Shown: piece after piece, positions 39,201-54,411 of the stretch
How positions within the stretch are numbered: the first letter of the stretch is position 1
How the letters are laid out: each line of letters opens with the position of its first letter
Assembly: GCA_964252035.1 (NCBI GenBank)
Contig: OZ176209.1
DNA from: Podarcis erhardii
Taxonomy: Eukaryota
DNA: 64,000 nucleotides
Reading direction: 5' to 3' (one strand)
Notes under the pieces: model-generated
The model's input: the letters and a program-made list of their open reading frames with translations, nothing else
Database searches by the model: none
What the model was told of the DNA's origin: nothing
Program-made: the position numbers and the translations under genes

Positions 39201-42200
39201 CCCATCACTGCAGAGAATCTGGAGCTGTATCACTCCCAGCAAATAGCTATCTGCTCAAAGACATCCAGTAAGCAAAAGCCCAGCACCCCTCAAAGCAATT
39301 GGTTCCACTGTCAGATTGCTCTTACCTTTAAAGAAGTTTCTCCTAAGGTTTAACTGCAATCCACCCTCCTGTAACAAGCCTGGTTTTTTCCTAGCCCTTA
39401 TTCTGTATTTCAGATGAAAAAAGCAGGAAAACCTGGCCAATGTATTTTTGTAATGCAAACTGCACACACACGCCTTCCAGAATGCTGCTAAATTTGCATG
39501 TCAGATTATGTAACTCCTGCCTGATACAAAGCAAGAGTTGCTTTTGACCATGTGGTCCTTCTACTTGCTTTCTAGGAAAAAACTGTTGGAACTGGCCTTT
39601 ATTCACTTGTTGCATACAAGGGCATCAAAACACCTCACAAGGATTCTGCTATAGACCAAAGAGCATAGCAGTTATCACTGGACCCTGATAGAATGATGTG
39701 CCTCTTTTAATAGTGCAGGTCATCTTAACTGATCCTGCAAACCACATGGCTGTGTTAGCTGGAGCAGCTAACAGCACCAGACTGGGGAAGCTGTGAAATG
39801 CTTAGCAGATAAACTGTGTTGATGTACTTCCGCAGTAGCTTAGCAAGAATGCATAGATAGATATGTGTTTAGTTAGCAATGCAAGGCCCTTTAGTTATAA
39901 TCAGGATTATGTGTTACCAGAAGCATCCAGGCAAAAGCTGTTGTTGGGGTGGAGGTGTGTATGCCAAATCCCACCACCACTCATGGTTTCAGGTTTAAAA
40001 CAGGAAAGCTGCCCTCTTGTCGTTTGAGCTACCTTCATCAATCCTTATGACTTTTTTAACACTGAAGCTGTGAGACCCACGTAATACTGTTATTTCCTTA
40101 TGATCTACTTGATGTGTGTCATTATGTAATTAATTTATATACTGCCAAAGTGGCTTCTACACATAACTAATACCACTTTCCTGTCATAGCATCCTCAAAG
40201 GGTGTAAAGCTGTGCCCTTGATCATATTTACTCAAGAGTCTACTTGGCTCCTCGATATAGTTGAGAAACCAGCTGTATTCTATATAGCTTGGGGAACTAC
40301 TCAAGCTGAACACCGCATTAGCCCACTCCTCTTGGGATTTAGGATGAAGACAGTGCTTCTCCCTCCAGGAGTGAGAGTGGGTTTTTCTGCTATGGGACAT
40401 TTTTCCTCCTGCCACACTGACTTCTCCACTGACATAACAAATCTGCAGCCAGTATGAATTTTTGCAGCTTCTCGCTCCCCTTTTCGGGCACAACTTAGCT
40501 TTTGCCAGTTCCCCAAATGCCTGTATGTCTTATATTTCTAAATCTTTATTTGGTGCCATCCCTAAATGGACATTATTGCTATGGCCAAGCCCAAATGAAA
40601 AACGATGGGCCAGCTGTTGTGGCAATCAGCACTCTCCACAGATAGCTGGAAGGGAGGTGGGAAGGACACAGCTTCCTGCTTATGTTAAGTACTAGCTTAT
40701 GTTAAGTACTCCGCACAGCCAGCTTGCCCTGAAAATAAAAGGCAGGTAGGAAAGAAACCCTGATTGCTCCTACATTAATTTCAGTTCAGAAATTTTCATT
40801 ACTCAGCACTGCCCATGTGTTTTCAGCCTTAAGTTTGGTAAAAGCCTAGGTGAAGGCACTATTTTATGAGATACTGTATCCATACAAGGAAGGCTGTCCC
40901 TCCAGAGTACAACTGTTACTGCTGGCAACTACAGGTACCTATTTACTATAAATAACTAGTCAGCAAATATTAATGTTAAGCAAATGTAACAAATTCTGAC
41001 CTCTGTTACCTTACCCAAGTAGTCATGAGATTTCCCGTATGGGCTAGTCTATATACTGCAGAAGAATGAGGCAATCACATAGAGTGTACCCCTTCAGAGT
41101 AAAGATGGGTATGTATGCCATTTTTAAAAATACCCTTTGCAAATTAAAATGAAAACTGGCATAGCAGGGAGAGAAATCCCACCTTTATTCCTCTGCTAGT
41201 TTTCTACTAACAGTATGAACAGGAAAATGCAAGGCTGTCCATTGTACCACCTCAGAACTTGAGCTGCTTATACTACCTTGTCTTGCTGCACGTGGGGATC
41301 AGGTGCAGAAACGTGGAAAGATTTTTGACCATATGAACCCACTGGTCATTGCAGCAGCTTGTGAGTTAAAACCTGCAGAACAAGAGCCAAGCACCCCTTG
41401 TTTCCTTTACAATGGAAGAAAATGAAGTTTATTTGAAGCAGGGCTCATCAAGGCCCTGTAAGCTCTATTTTAAGATTGGGGCACATTCTCTGAGATAATG
41501 GGTGTCTCTGAACATGTACAGAATGCTTTCCCTTGCCACTTAACAAGCAGCCCCCCCGCCCCACGACCGTGCTGGCCAGACAATATTCATTCCCTCTAGA
41601 AAATTAAGTGTTGTAGAATGGGAATGAGTTCCAACAGTGATACATACTAGCAGAGCTAAGCAGTTCCATTAGAAAACCAACTCTGAGCACTGTAAAATAG
41701 ACTCTTCTCCCATCTTTCAACACGCCAGCCTTTGTTGTTAAATACTTAACCTGACAGGGCAAGCCCATGCATGTTCACACTGAAGTAATTCCCACTAAGC
41801 AAAATGTGGCTTACTTGCTAGTAAGCTTGGTTAGGATTGCAGCCTCTCATTTAAATAAACATCAATTTCCCCCTCTGTCTTTTTCTACTGTGCAGGCTCC
41901 TTTTGCAGCCAACGCCAAACCACTTTTTACAGTGCGATAAACGAAAAATTAAACCTTTCCAACCCAGGAAAGGGAAAAACAACAGCATGGGGTCTCCTAC
42001 TACCCTTATCAAAGAAAGAATCCATAGATACACTCCCCCCCCCCCAAATATAATATAATTACATAAACACTGATAGAACTATGACAGTATCATGGCACAG
42101 CTTTCTAAAGGAACACCCAGAAACTATTTTTCCTTGATGGTGGAGGGGGAAGAGATGAACTGCATAGGCTTTTGTTTTCCCCCAAAAAGCTGAATATAAA

Positions 42201-42452
42201 ATACCAAAAATCAAGAAGCCCTCTCTCTCCCTCTGCATACCGAAAGGTACCCCCACCCCTGCCCTCAGGAGAGAACCAATTGACCAGGATAGGAATTTTG
42301 AAGTCTCCATGCTTCCCCTCGTAACAAAAAGAAGCGTCACTCATCCCAAGTTGCTCTCCTTTCCAACACTGCTTTTCTCTGTCTGCCTTTTGTCAGTCTG
42401 AGGCGCAGAACTTGAGGTAGCCAGTGAGCAAGGTTGCGGCATGCAGGAGGGG

Positions 42453-42569
42453 TTAAGGGACCGGCTCCCCATGCACGCGGAAACGATAAATACAGGTGTA
42501 CTCCGGGTGGCCCCAGTTGCTGAGAACTCTAAGCTCAATAAGCTGGAAAGCTGCAATCCTGCCTTCATC
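42453..42569 (-). CDS. SUN2: SUN2 last coding exon
   Basis: cttcag|GATGAA...CCTTAA; [26 protein letters not shown]. Confidence 0.95.
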   Translation of the reverse strand, partial: DEGRIAAFQLIELRVLSNWGHPEYTCIYRFRVHGEPVP

Positions 42570-44781
42570 CTGAAGATGGAAAAAAGGGGAAGCGGGGAGG
42601 GAAAAGGGAAGAGAAAAAGGCGAAATACTGAGGGCCAGAGAAGCATCAAGCTTGTTTCTTTGGAGACAGAGGGCTGCCATGCCGCCGTCTTCACCACCAC
42701 CCTCTTCTGTGAGATGCTCTGGCACTGCTCACAATCCCAGGTACCACCTTCCCACTCTTAACAAGATGTACAGCCCTGAGCCGAGTTGTTGATGGGTATT
42801 TCAATAGCCCCTCTTTATTCCTGCCGCAACCACAGGTAAAATTTATCTGACTACTCCATGCCTAGCATCACCAAATATTAGGCATGTGCTGCAATACAAT
42901 TAATGTATTCAATTTAAATAACAAACAAGAGTGCTATGATGACTTGAGGTACAAAAATGAATTGTTTCAGTCCCTCTTGATCCTATTTGTTACACATACA
43001 ACTATGGCTAGTGTAATGCTGATCCTATTCTACTGCTTCATTTCTAACCAGCACATGTTGCATTGCTTCCTACTAATGTCCTGTAACTTTTTACACATAA
43101 TTTTATACAATAATTTTTTAAGGGGTGGGGTTTGTCCTGCTGGACTAGAACTCCAACCATCCCTGCCCACTGGCCTTCCTGGTGCAGCAGCTGATAGGAG
43201 TTGGAGTTCAGCAGCAATTGGAGGGCTGCAGCTTCTCCATCCCTGGCTTAAAACCCAACCAAAGCTTCCTTTTCCCCAAAGAGTTATAGCATTTGCATGC
43301 ATGAGGTCCCAGGCTCAATCTCTGGCATCTTCATGTAAGGCTGAGAGGGGGCCCCTGCCCTACCTGAAACCCTGGAGACCAGCTGCCCATCAGTGTAGAC
43401 AGTACTGAACTAGATGGACCAAGTCACCTGATTCAGTCTCCAGTTCTACCTTGGCTAGGGTTTGGACCCACCACCACCCTTCAAACCTTGCACCTTTTCC
43501 TTCCTTACCTGCAAGTGGAATGTTTGGATGGGATCCCCATCCTGGCTGTACGTGAACTGGCCAAGGAGGGTGCCCTCTTGCTGCCCTTCTTCTGTTAAGC
43601 CCTGTGGAAACAAAAACAGGTTGGGGAGGAGGGAAGGGGGTGAGAGAATGGGGAGGGGAGGGCCGTGGGGAGATCAGAGCAACCGCAGGATTAGAGAGGG
43701 GGGAGGGACACAAGTGCGGTTAAAGGCCAGTCTTGTGGCTGCATGCCAAAATGAAACACACAGGGCTATGAGGAGGTAAGGGACAAATGGGAGCAGTAGG
43801 GGGATGGGGAAAGAAGGCTGATGGTAGTTATGAACGTCAATGCCTCTTCCTCCTTTCCCAAAGAGAGGTGCAATTTTGGAATCTCACACCTCCACACCTG
43901 GGACCCGTCATTTGTTAAGGGTGCTGACAGTGGGGTAACTACGATCCCCAGGATTTTTGAGAAAAGCCATGTGCTGTAAAAGAGTGATGTGAATGCAGTG
44001 CCTTATACTGTCTCAATTCATTCTTTCCCTCTTGAATACCCTGGGAATTGCAGTTCTGCAGGATGGTTCTCGGGCTCCAAATGAAATTTCAAGACATTCA
44101 TACTACAGTTCCCAGGATTCTTAGGGAGGTGGGGGAGCTGCAGCAGTGTAAGTTGGACAAAGACTAACATCAGTGTGCATCATACATATGCCTGCAGTCT
44201 TGGTTGTACCAACCCAAACTTCATCATTAATGATCCCAAGGTTTTTAACAAATGGCTCCTTTCACCCCAGACTCTTGGGTTGCCTGGTGCATCTGTATTC
44301 ACACTGCACATCAGCCTTGGCCAACATGGGGCTCTTTGGACTACAACTCCCATCAGCCTCAGCCAGCACAACTGACGGCAGTTGTGGTCCAAAACACTTG
44401 GAGGACACCAGGTGGGTGAAAGCTGATGTATATGATTGAACTGAGAGCCAGTGTGGTGTAGCGTCAGACTAGGACGTGGGAAACCAGGGTTCAAATCCCC
44501 CAGGCCATGAAGCTTACTGGCAAGTACCGTTTGCTAAAGATGCTGAGCAACAATCAGTCCCTTTTCCTGAGGAAATCTGTCAACAGTAGCTCTGTAAGGT
44601 TAGTAGGGGCCTCCTCTCAGCACACTTCACAAACTAGTTCCCAGGAGTCTTTGGGGGGAAGCCATGACTGTGTAAAGTGGAATAATATTGGTTTAACTGT
44701 ATATTGTGCAGATGGGGCCTTAAATAGCTGTGCATCTGACGACCCAGTTGGGCAAATTTATGAAGGGCATCTTGCTGTACT

Positions 44782-44834
<53 letters not shown>

Positions 44835-47800
44835 TGAGGAAACTCTTCTGGTGGAAAAGCCCTGAATGCTATTGGAACCCCTGCTAGCAAATTGTGGGAG
44901 AAGCTTCCCTCTTCTGACTGAGAATGGGAAATTATCTCCAGTGTGCCTCTTTCAAGCTTGCCCAATCTACGACATCTCCTCCCCCCCCCCCCAAGTCCCA
45001 AACAAAGAGTGACTTACATAGACCGCAAAGTCCTTGGGGGCGCTGGGAATGGTCCCTTTGGGGGAGAGGGCTTTGGAGATGTGTTCTAGCGTCACAGCTG
45101 TGGGACGGATGTTGCTCGAAAGGCGAATGACAGCAAAGCCTTGGGAGCCTTGGAATGCCCAGCAGTTCCCAGGGTGGACATCTGGCTGAAATTAAATCAA
45201 ACACACAGAGTTTTAGGTAAGAGGCTGCCATATGTTAGACTTAACCATTCTGAAAGCAGAGATGATGCTCCAATATGCAAAGACCAAGAGGGAAAAGACA
45301 ATGATCTCTGGGTTGGTACTTGTACACAAATTTAACACAGCCCTTGGCACCTTGTGGTACTGTTATCGTATTCCATATAAAACAGGGCAAAGGGACTTTT
45401 AAACATTTGTTAATAAGTATTTAACAAATCACCTGGCAGGTGACTAGGAATTCCATGCAGGTCAGGGAGCAGATTGCTCCATCTGTAATATACATTTCGC
45501 CTTCATTTCCAAGGAGTTCAAGGTGGAAAGACATGCTGTAATTGACACGGGAATGCTGCTGAATATGGCAATCAGTTCTGTCACGTGCTTTCTCTCTTCC
45601 CCTTATAATGTAGAATATGGCACATCCTTGTGATGAAGTCATGTGGATCCCTGTTCCTTACTGCACTCACTACCTCTCTGCTTCCTACAAGGTGGTTTTA
45701 TTTTTACTGCCACAGTTCTGTTTAATTTTTTACATCAATATCCTGCTTTCCTTCCATCTTGGAACCCAAAGTGCCATACACATAGTTTCTGGGCAGCCAG
45801 CCATCCAGGTATAGATCAGAGCCAGATCTGCTTAGCTTTAGCAAGGTGCCTTCAGACCACACACCGGGGGAATAGTTGCAAAAGAACCCAAGGCAAAAAG
45901 CAAGAGTTTCTCAGGAAGGTAAACTGCCAGGTTCCAGATTCTGTCTAGTGGGGAGTTTATGCAAAGCCTTGATACGCTTTGTCTGAGCATGTAATAGCAC
46001 ACACAGCATATTTTCTCCAGCTCAACATTTGAGACCGCTATATTGATACCTGCTTGCATATGAAGTTTACTGGGCCAGTCATACACACTCTCTGTCCCAG
46101 CTTACTTTATAGAGTAGTTGTGGATATTCTCAATACATACCAACCTTCTAGGATGAACATCTAAATAAAAAGGTAATCTGCTGGGTGAGGTATTGTGGAT
46201 TTGAACCAGACACTTTGGGGAGAATACAATAACGAAGAAAAGGTAGGGCAGGGCCATAAGACCTACCTGCAGAATGACTCGTGGAGACTGGGAGTGGTAC
46301 CACAGGGGGATCCCAAAGAGACTAAGCAATGCAGTCTTGGTCTCGTAGGTTTCTGAGCACCGGGTGCTGATAACACTGGCCCCTGTAGTTAAAAAGATAT
46401 GGGTGAAGGAGAGATACATCGTTTTGCCCTCTGCTCAAAGCAGTAAGAGAGCTCATGCAGACAGCTGATAAATCTAAGAGATTTGAACACTCCTTTAACA
46501 TTTCCCACTCCAACAATAAGATATTCCCAAACTGCAACTGGGCTATTCAGAGCATATTTGCATGCATTATTCTAAATGGGCAATTTGGGGTTTAGGGACT
46601 TTTTTTGGGAGAGGGCAGAAGCTGAATCTTGTGGGAGAGACAGAAGATACAAAAATTGCTGAAATTTGAGAAAAATAGGTTTGGATATGCAGAGGGAGAA
46701 GAATCCTTTCTGGTTTTTCAGTTTATAACAGAAACTGGCAACAAAGTTTTAGGTTATTCTTTGCCACTATGAGGGCTAGAAGCATGATTGTTGTTGTTTT
46801 TAACGTGAAATAGAAGATTCTCAGACAATTCCTTCCTGCAGCAGTACCTGTAATCAACATCATGCCAATTCTAGCTCACGGGCTACCTTTTTTGACAGCT
46901 ATAAGGACAGAAAGACCAGCCTAGCCAGAGTTTGCATACCTGCAGATTCAAGAGCATAATCAACCATTCCAATGTGATCGTCGCTGTAGCGCTTCAGGGC
47001 CTGGTTGACAATGTGGTGAACTTGCTGAAACAAGACAAAGGGAATGAATGTAAGGAACTCAGGATTCCAAAACTTATTTTCCAGTTTTGTTCTATTCTGT
47101 CAAGCTAGAGGTAAACCGTGCAAATGGCAAGGCTACCTGAGGAATTAAGGTATAGCTCTGCTGGGGCAAATCCTGAGACTGGTTGCATATCAGTGGTGCA
47201 TCAGCAGACCACTAAGACATGAGACCTACACCGTATGGACTGGTGGGACTGCTGTGCCAAAAATTTGCCTGGGAACATCATGCCACATTTTTACTCGGTT
47301 GAAGAGGCATAGGGTGATATTAAAAGTTAGTGTCATTAATTTCAGTGAGTAGACCCACTGAAATTAATGGACACAACTTAGCCATATTCATTAGTTTCAG
47401 TGGGTCTATTCTGAGTGAACTTAGTTGCACATTACCCATAAATTGTGACTTAACCATTCCTTCCTGCCTTACACACTACATTGTTAGTGACAACCTGAAA
47501 AATAAGGAACTGTCAAACCCTGCAGAGCTGATCACTATTTTGCCAATAACCGATACTGCCTAGGATGAGAGTTGAGGCTTAATATCCAGCAGGCAAATAT
47601 ATTAGCAAAGTTAAGAGTTATTACTGTGTCAGGGAGCAAAGGGATGGCTGACGGTGCCACCTAATGGATGGCTGCTGATATGCCACTCAAAATATTGCTT
47701 GCACTGTTGTCAAAGGTATAGAATCAATCGTAGAGCTGGAACGGACCCCAAGGGTCATCAAGTCCAGCTCCCTGCAATGCAGGAATCTCAGCTAAAGCAT

Positions 47801-50800
47801 CCATGGCAGATGGCCATCCAACCTCTGCTTAAAAACATCCAAGGAAGGAGAGTCCACCACCTTCCGAAGGAGACCATTCCACTGTCGAATAGCTCTCACT
47901 CTTAGAAAGTTTTTCTGTACGTTTAGTTGGAATCTCCTTTCTTGTAACTTTACGGCATTGGTTTGAGTCCTACCCTCCACAGCAGGAGAAAACAAGCTTG
48001 TTTCCTCTTCCATGTGACAGCCCTTGAGATATTTGAAGGTGGCTATGGTATCTCCTCTCAGTCTCTTCTTTTCCAAGGTAAACATACACAGCTCCTTCAA
48101 CCACTCCTCATAAGGCTTTGTTTCCAGATCCTTGATCATCTTGGTTGCCCTCCTCTGCACACCTTCCAGCTTAAATTGTGGTGCCCAGAATTGGACACAG
48201 TATTCCAGGTGTGGTCTGACCAAGGCAGAATAGTACTAGAACTTCCCTTGATCTGGACACTATACTTCTGTTGATGTAGCCTGGAATAGCGTTAGCTTTT
48301 TTTGCTGCTGCACCACACTGTTGGGGACTGTACTTTGTTAAGGGTGCTGGGAATTGTAGCTGTGAGAGGGGTGAACTACAGCTTCCAGGATACTTGAGGG
48401 GAAGCAATCTGCTTAAAAGTATAATGTGGCCGTGAAAAGAAAACCAAACCCAGGGTAAAAGTTGTACCCCTGGGAATTTTCAAAGCTTGGAGCATTGGGC
48501 TAGTAGGTTTGGACATGGCTGTGCTGATGCCATAGGACATCTGGGTTGAGAAATGGGCTGGAAGAATCATGAGAGCAGAAGGGAGGCAGGGAAGAGCCTT
48601 AACAAACATGACTGACTGGTTCAGCCCTGAACAGAAGGCCTGATCATTGGCTCCTTCATAATGATAATTGGCATTTATACAGCATTTTCAGTGTTCACAG
48701 CACTACCTGCACATAAGTCATTCTTACAAAGACTTGCCCCATATTGCAGACGTGGGGGTTGAGAGCCAGAGCTTATGGCTCAGCTAAGGCAGGTGGAGCT
48801 GGAGACATTTTAGATATTGGAGACCTACTTTGTTTTTTTACTAGAACCTTTAGGTCCAGCAACCAAACTCACATACAAATACATATGCTAAGAATTAAGG
48901 TATACAGTAAGCCCATAACTTACATTCCGGTGATCGCGCCTAAAGCCAAAATTGCGTATCGTCTAAACACGCTGGGTGCAATGGAGTGGGGGGTTGCCAG
49001 AGTCTTTCCCCCCGGACGGCTGCCCCCTTTAATTATTTTAATTTGCCAAGTGCGTAAAGGTGAATGCGCACAAATTAAAAACACACAAATTGCAGGCTTA
49101 CTGTACTAAGTATACTAAGAAAGGACACAGACTAAGAATTAAGAACAGGATGCCACTGGACAAAAAATCACTCCTGGTTTCCCACAAAGCTTTCTTCATT
49201 TCTTCAGCCAAATTTAGCGGGGGTGAGGTAGCCTTTTCATTGTTGCTCCTCAATATTACTTTCACATTCCAGACCTCTAAGTACACACACACAGGTAACA
49301 TTCTACATCACCATCTTAGCATCATTCTTGGAAATGTCCTTGTGAGGAACCACTTCAGCCAATTGGTAAGCAAATTCTCACCTCTTCTGTTACTCCTATG
49401 ACGCCCTCCCTTTGGAGTACCACCCCGAAGTCTCGCGCAGAGAGCTGCTGGTTCTCGGAGACCTTGGCAAGGATCTTCTGCTCCAGTTTGAGGAGCTGTT
49501 CCTCTAATTCTTCACGATGGAGAAACAGACTGCCTGTCCCATCCCTTTTAGACTGGGATAGGAATCGACTGAGCCATATCGGAAACTGGATTTCCACCTG
49601 AAATCCAACAAAGAGAAGAACAGGTTTCATAAACACTTTTCCTCCTGTGAATTGCAGACCTTCCATGGAGAGAATGTAAAGAGATTACTGAGAACAAGCA
49701 ACAGCTGCCCTGGGCTCCCTTCGGAGGAAAGGAGGGGTATACATTTGTTAAATAACAGCAACAGCAGTGCTTCCACCTTGGAAGATTTGTTCTAAGGGGC
49801 ATGATGGGTGGGGCAGAGATACTTAACAAAATGTTTGTAGCTTTTCATCTTTTGACATCTTTTAATTTTGACATTTTGCTGATCCGTGGGCTGGACACTG
49901 ACCTTTCCCACCCCCTGCAGGCCACTTTGTCAGATATGTGGGGCTGCCTACCTGTCATTTACCTGATGTCATTGTGACAACAGGCGACAAATTTAATAAA
50001 TATTTGGAATGCATTTGTCGAAACCATAGTGACACATGAATCAACATATACTTAAGGGAAACAATAAGCTTATATAGTTTTGTAATCTTAATTATATTGT
50101 ATGCTTATTTTGTTTCTGCTGCTTTCCTCTGCTTTTAAAAATGTTTCTGATGTATCCTCTCCTTTTTCTATTCTTTTTTTATTTGTTTATTTACTTTAAT
50201 AATATCAATAAAATATAAATAAATAACTTCAATGACATGTGCTTTCAGCACTGATCAGGAAGCAGGGCTTGCTGTCAGCGCCCATCAGTAATGCACTTTA
50301 ATCTCCAGACTGTTCCTTTGCAGCCATGTTCTTACCTGCCACACATATGACACACCTCAGATGTCAGGGCAGGTTAAGTGTGGTTTGGAGAGAACAGCCT
50401 TGCAGGAAAAATTAGGACCTCCGACAGACTTAATTTGGCCCTGAGGCTCTCCATGCCTGGTTCATGTCTACTCCTACATAGAAAGGAGCAGACCTCCAGT
50501 TCCCTGGCTATACTACATCAGAGATAAAAGCTTTCCAAGAAAGGCTTAGCTATGAAGGTCACTGGGAGAACTTGGACTGGAATAACAGGTTTATTGCAAG
50601 ACTTAAAATGCAGAGATGAGAAACCATGTATATCAGCTTGAGCTGGAGGAAAGGTGTTAAATAAATGATATATAAAATAAAATGAACTTACATCTTCCCG
50701 CATTTCCTTGATCTGTCCTGGCAAAGAATCCACGTGTTTTGAGAACCTTTTCTGATCCGAGGCCAAGACCACGAATTCTTTTTTCAGGCCTGTCAGTTGT

Positions 50801-53800
50801 GCTTCCAGCCTTTCCATCTCCTTTTGGAAATTACCCATCAGACCTTCTTGTGTAGAGCTTCAAAAGCAAAATGAAAATTCAGGTGCTTCAGAGTCGGTGG
50901 TATCTTTAATTACCTCCACCAATAATGTTCTACAAAAACTATGTTTGGCTGTGAAGATCAGTCAACAGCCACCCCATGAGAATTAACCCATACCAGACAG
51001 CCTAATCCAAGCTATGTACCACACCATACATTTAAAGCACATTCAACGTATATTTAAAGCACATGCATTTCATCAAAGAAGCCTGGGAACTGTAGCTTAA
51101 GGGTGCTGCGAACTGTAGCTCTACAAGGTGGTGAAACTACAGTTCCCAGCAACTTTTGGAGAAAGTTGTGCTTTAAATGTGTGTGAATGTGATTTAAATG
51201 GATGGTGTGGATCTGCTCTGATTTCCAATATGTCTTGTTTGCTGTTGATCTCATGGATGTCTCTTTGTGAGACTGTGGCTGCAGAGAGGGATAAAAAAAA
51301 TCAAATGATGTTCTGAATGTAGGTAATAGGGCAGCAACTGACTATGCCTCTTTATAAGTACTTGCTATCAAAAAATAGTTCCTAGTTGATCTTTGACTGC
51401 AACAGGACTTAAGAAAAAGCACTTTCTTAAAAGCACAATGTTGCAAACTGCAAATGAATTAAAAACAATTATGTGCGACCCCCCCTCCAATCTCCTAAAA
51501 CCATATTTCAGCCACTAATTACAGGTTTCTGGGCCAAACAATCAGGTTTGACTTGTAATATAAGCAAGTATTACAAGCACTGAACATGCATCTTACCAGC
51601 TCATTATATGTCAGCATCACTACTTAAAAGGTGATAAATTGTATGAACAGCACTGACAGAAATTCTCAGGTTATTCATGCACCCTGTTATTCCAAGAATA
51701 CGTAAGTTTCACTTTTAAGTTAAGAACAATGTCACTTTAAACACAATTCTCTCAGGTTACATGCATTCCCGGCCCTCCTGCTATCATAAGACAGAAACTG
51801 CCATAGGAGACAACTCTTTCTTGAGGATGCTCAAATTACCTTTGCCACTGTGAAGTCATTTGGAGCATCCGAGTTTCTGTCTCCTGTGGGAGAAATAGGA
51901 CACAGGTCACGAAATAGAAACAAAGCAGAATAAAATCCATTGCTTGTGCAGCACTGTGTGTGTATCTAGAACTGGAGGAGCACAACACGCCACAGCAAGG
52001 GATGGATGGATGAATCATAACATATCTTCTATTTGGACCATTCACTACTTCTTTTTCCACTTCTCAGTGGGTGAGCAGGGGTTAAAGCCATTTGCAAAAG
52101 TGCTCTTTGTAGAATCACCGTGCTTCTCATTTAAGTGAGCAGGCAGGCAGTAGGAGAGAGCAGAAAGGAGCCTCCTCTCTTCAACTCACCACTGGCTACA
52201 TAGGGGAGAAGCAAGAGGCTGCTTCAAAGACTGCTTTTGCAAAGTGCTTCAAGACAGACCTTCCTCACCTCCTGCACTTCTGTTTCAGCCTCTGGAGAGA
52301 ACAGGATGTACAGCCAATGCAGGACTAAGCCTTGTCCATCTGCCCATCAGCTGACTTCATGCTTCCCCACTGAGTTAGCCCCCCCCCCGAAGTCTGGTTT
52401 GCATGTCTCATTTAATTAAATAGAGCTAAGCACATGCTTAAACCTCCCTCCCTGAAATTAGTGGGAGATGTGCTTAAGATCAGCTGCATCACACCTAGTA
52501 ATGTTTCAAGATGCGGTGAAACAGAATTGAAATAATCAGTGTAAAGGTTATATATGTTTTACTAAAAAGTGAAAACTGTAAATATTCTATTTGGATTAAA
52601 AATGGGGGGGACGGGACCACATTACAACTACAAGAGCTGTTAAGACAGTGGTTTCAGCTACATGTAACAAGAAACCATGGTTTAGCGCAACATGAAAAAG
52701 CTCCAGTAAGTTCAAGCACAGGTTCAGGCACTTCCTCCTCCTGTGCAGTCAGGAGGACGACTTCTGGGAAGGACCATAGATCAGACATAGAGCATCTGCT
52801 TAGCATGAAGAGGATCCCAGCTTCAATCTCTATCATCCCCCAATAGGGATGGAAGTGACCCCTTGTCTGAAACTCTGGAGAGCTACTGCTAGTGTTGACA
52901 GCACTGAGCTAGATTGGGCAACTGTCTGACTTGGTACGGGCAGCTTCCTATGTTATTCTGCAGAGTAATTTCAATTTCAAAGAAATGTCATCTTGTTGTG
53001 TTTACGAGCAAGGATTCTTGTCTTACACCAAACTCTGGTGAATGTCACAAGAAACCATCAAGAAAGTTCAAACCATGGTTTTTAAAGTGGCTTGTTTAAC
53101 CAACCAGGCATTGTGTTAAGCCAGGATCCTTGGTTCATATGATACAACAAGCCAATATTCTTTGAAAGTGAATGCAGGTGGTATGACAGCCTTCCCTACA
53201 CACTGCATCCTTAAAATATGAAATCAAGTTTTACCTCTGAAGCCTGGGATACTTTCTTCAAGAGACTGTCAAAATCCTTCCGTAGCTGGGATCGAAAAGC
53301 ATCCAACTCATTCTGTAGGGAAACAAGAGAAGTAGTATATAGCTTTAAAAACAAGCACAAGTTTGATAACTGATTAATAGTTAGGTTTTGAACTTGTTAA
53401 TCAAACAAACCAATGAACCAAAATATTGACATATTGCAAAACTGCAATTAGAGCTCCAGCAAGTAATTTTTGTGCCATTACTTACAGATAAATTGCATAA
53501 CAATCAGTTTTTTCAAGCATTTGCCCTCTATGTTGTTGTTCTGCTAGAAACCTCCCCTTAAGATCCCACTTCTTGTTGCTGTTTGCTGCAAACAGCAGCT
53601 TCAGGAGATCATTTTTAGGTGGAAAAAATGGTGCAGAGGAAAGGTTTGACCCTTCTCCTCCCATCCCATGATCCTGATCAAGACTGAGCAAACTGCAACT
53701 GCTTTTTTAAAGCAAGGGTAGGGAGCAACATGCAGAAGGAAGACGTGTTTAATGTCAATGTCAGGGTTGCCCCTGAGTGAGTGCCCTAGAGCCATTTCTC

Positions 53801-54411
53801 AGAAACCTCTGAAAAACAAGGATTGCATACAAGTTAAATGGTTTCCTGAAGCAAGAGCGTTGCAGGGTTTCATCAGGAAGTTACAGGACATGCACCGACT
53901 GGAAACAAAGTAGTATGTCCACTCCAAAACTTTTGCAGGTCCAAGCAACATAGAAAGTGAGATTGTGTATAACCACCCCGATACCATGAGCACAAATCGT
54001 AATGAATGCAAAAAGGGGATCCAGACCCTGCTCATACCCAAATCTGAGGAGTGTTCAAAACTGGAAATTAAGCAATTATGTGCACAAGTCAACATGCTTG
54101 CAGCCCTACAGTCAATTCTCCCCCTTGATTCCAAAATGTGCCCTTCATTCTCTGCTGCTACCCTACCTGGAGGTGAAGGTCTGACTCTGCACGGAACTCC
54201 TCTCTCAAGATGGTTTCTCGTCGTCTCACCAGCCCATCCAGAAGTGACAGGGTATCGTCATGAGACAGAGCTGCCCCTTCCACCATCTTTTCCCCTCTTT
54301 GCAGTTCCAGTACTGAAACTGCACCTTCCAGGCTCTCAAGATGTCTCTCCAGTGCCTGAAGCCGAGACAAAACCTGCTGCTGTCCCTTTTAAATCCAGGC
54401 GTGGGGGGGGG

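Noticed and set aside
42570-42581. Intron end reads in-frame FHLQ, echoing the preceding exon's TFHLQ end
   Set aside because: 9/12 identity is plausible by chance given pyrimidine tract plus CAG; relevant only as a possible annotation trap.
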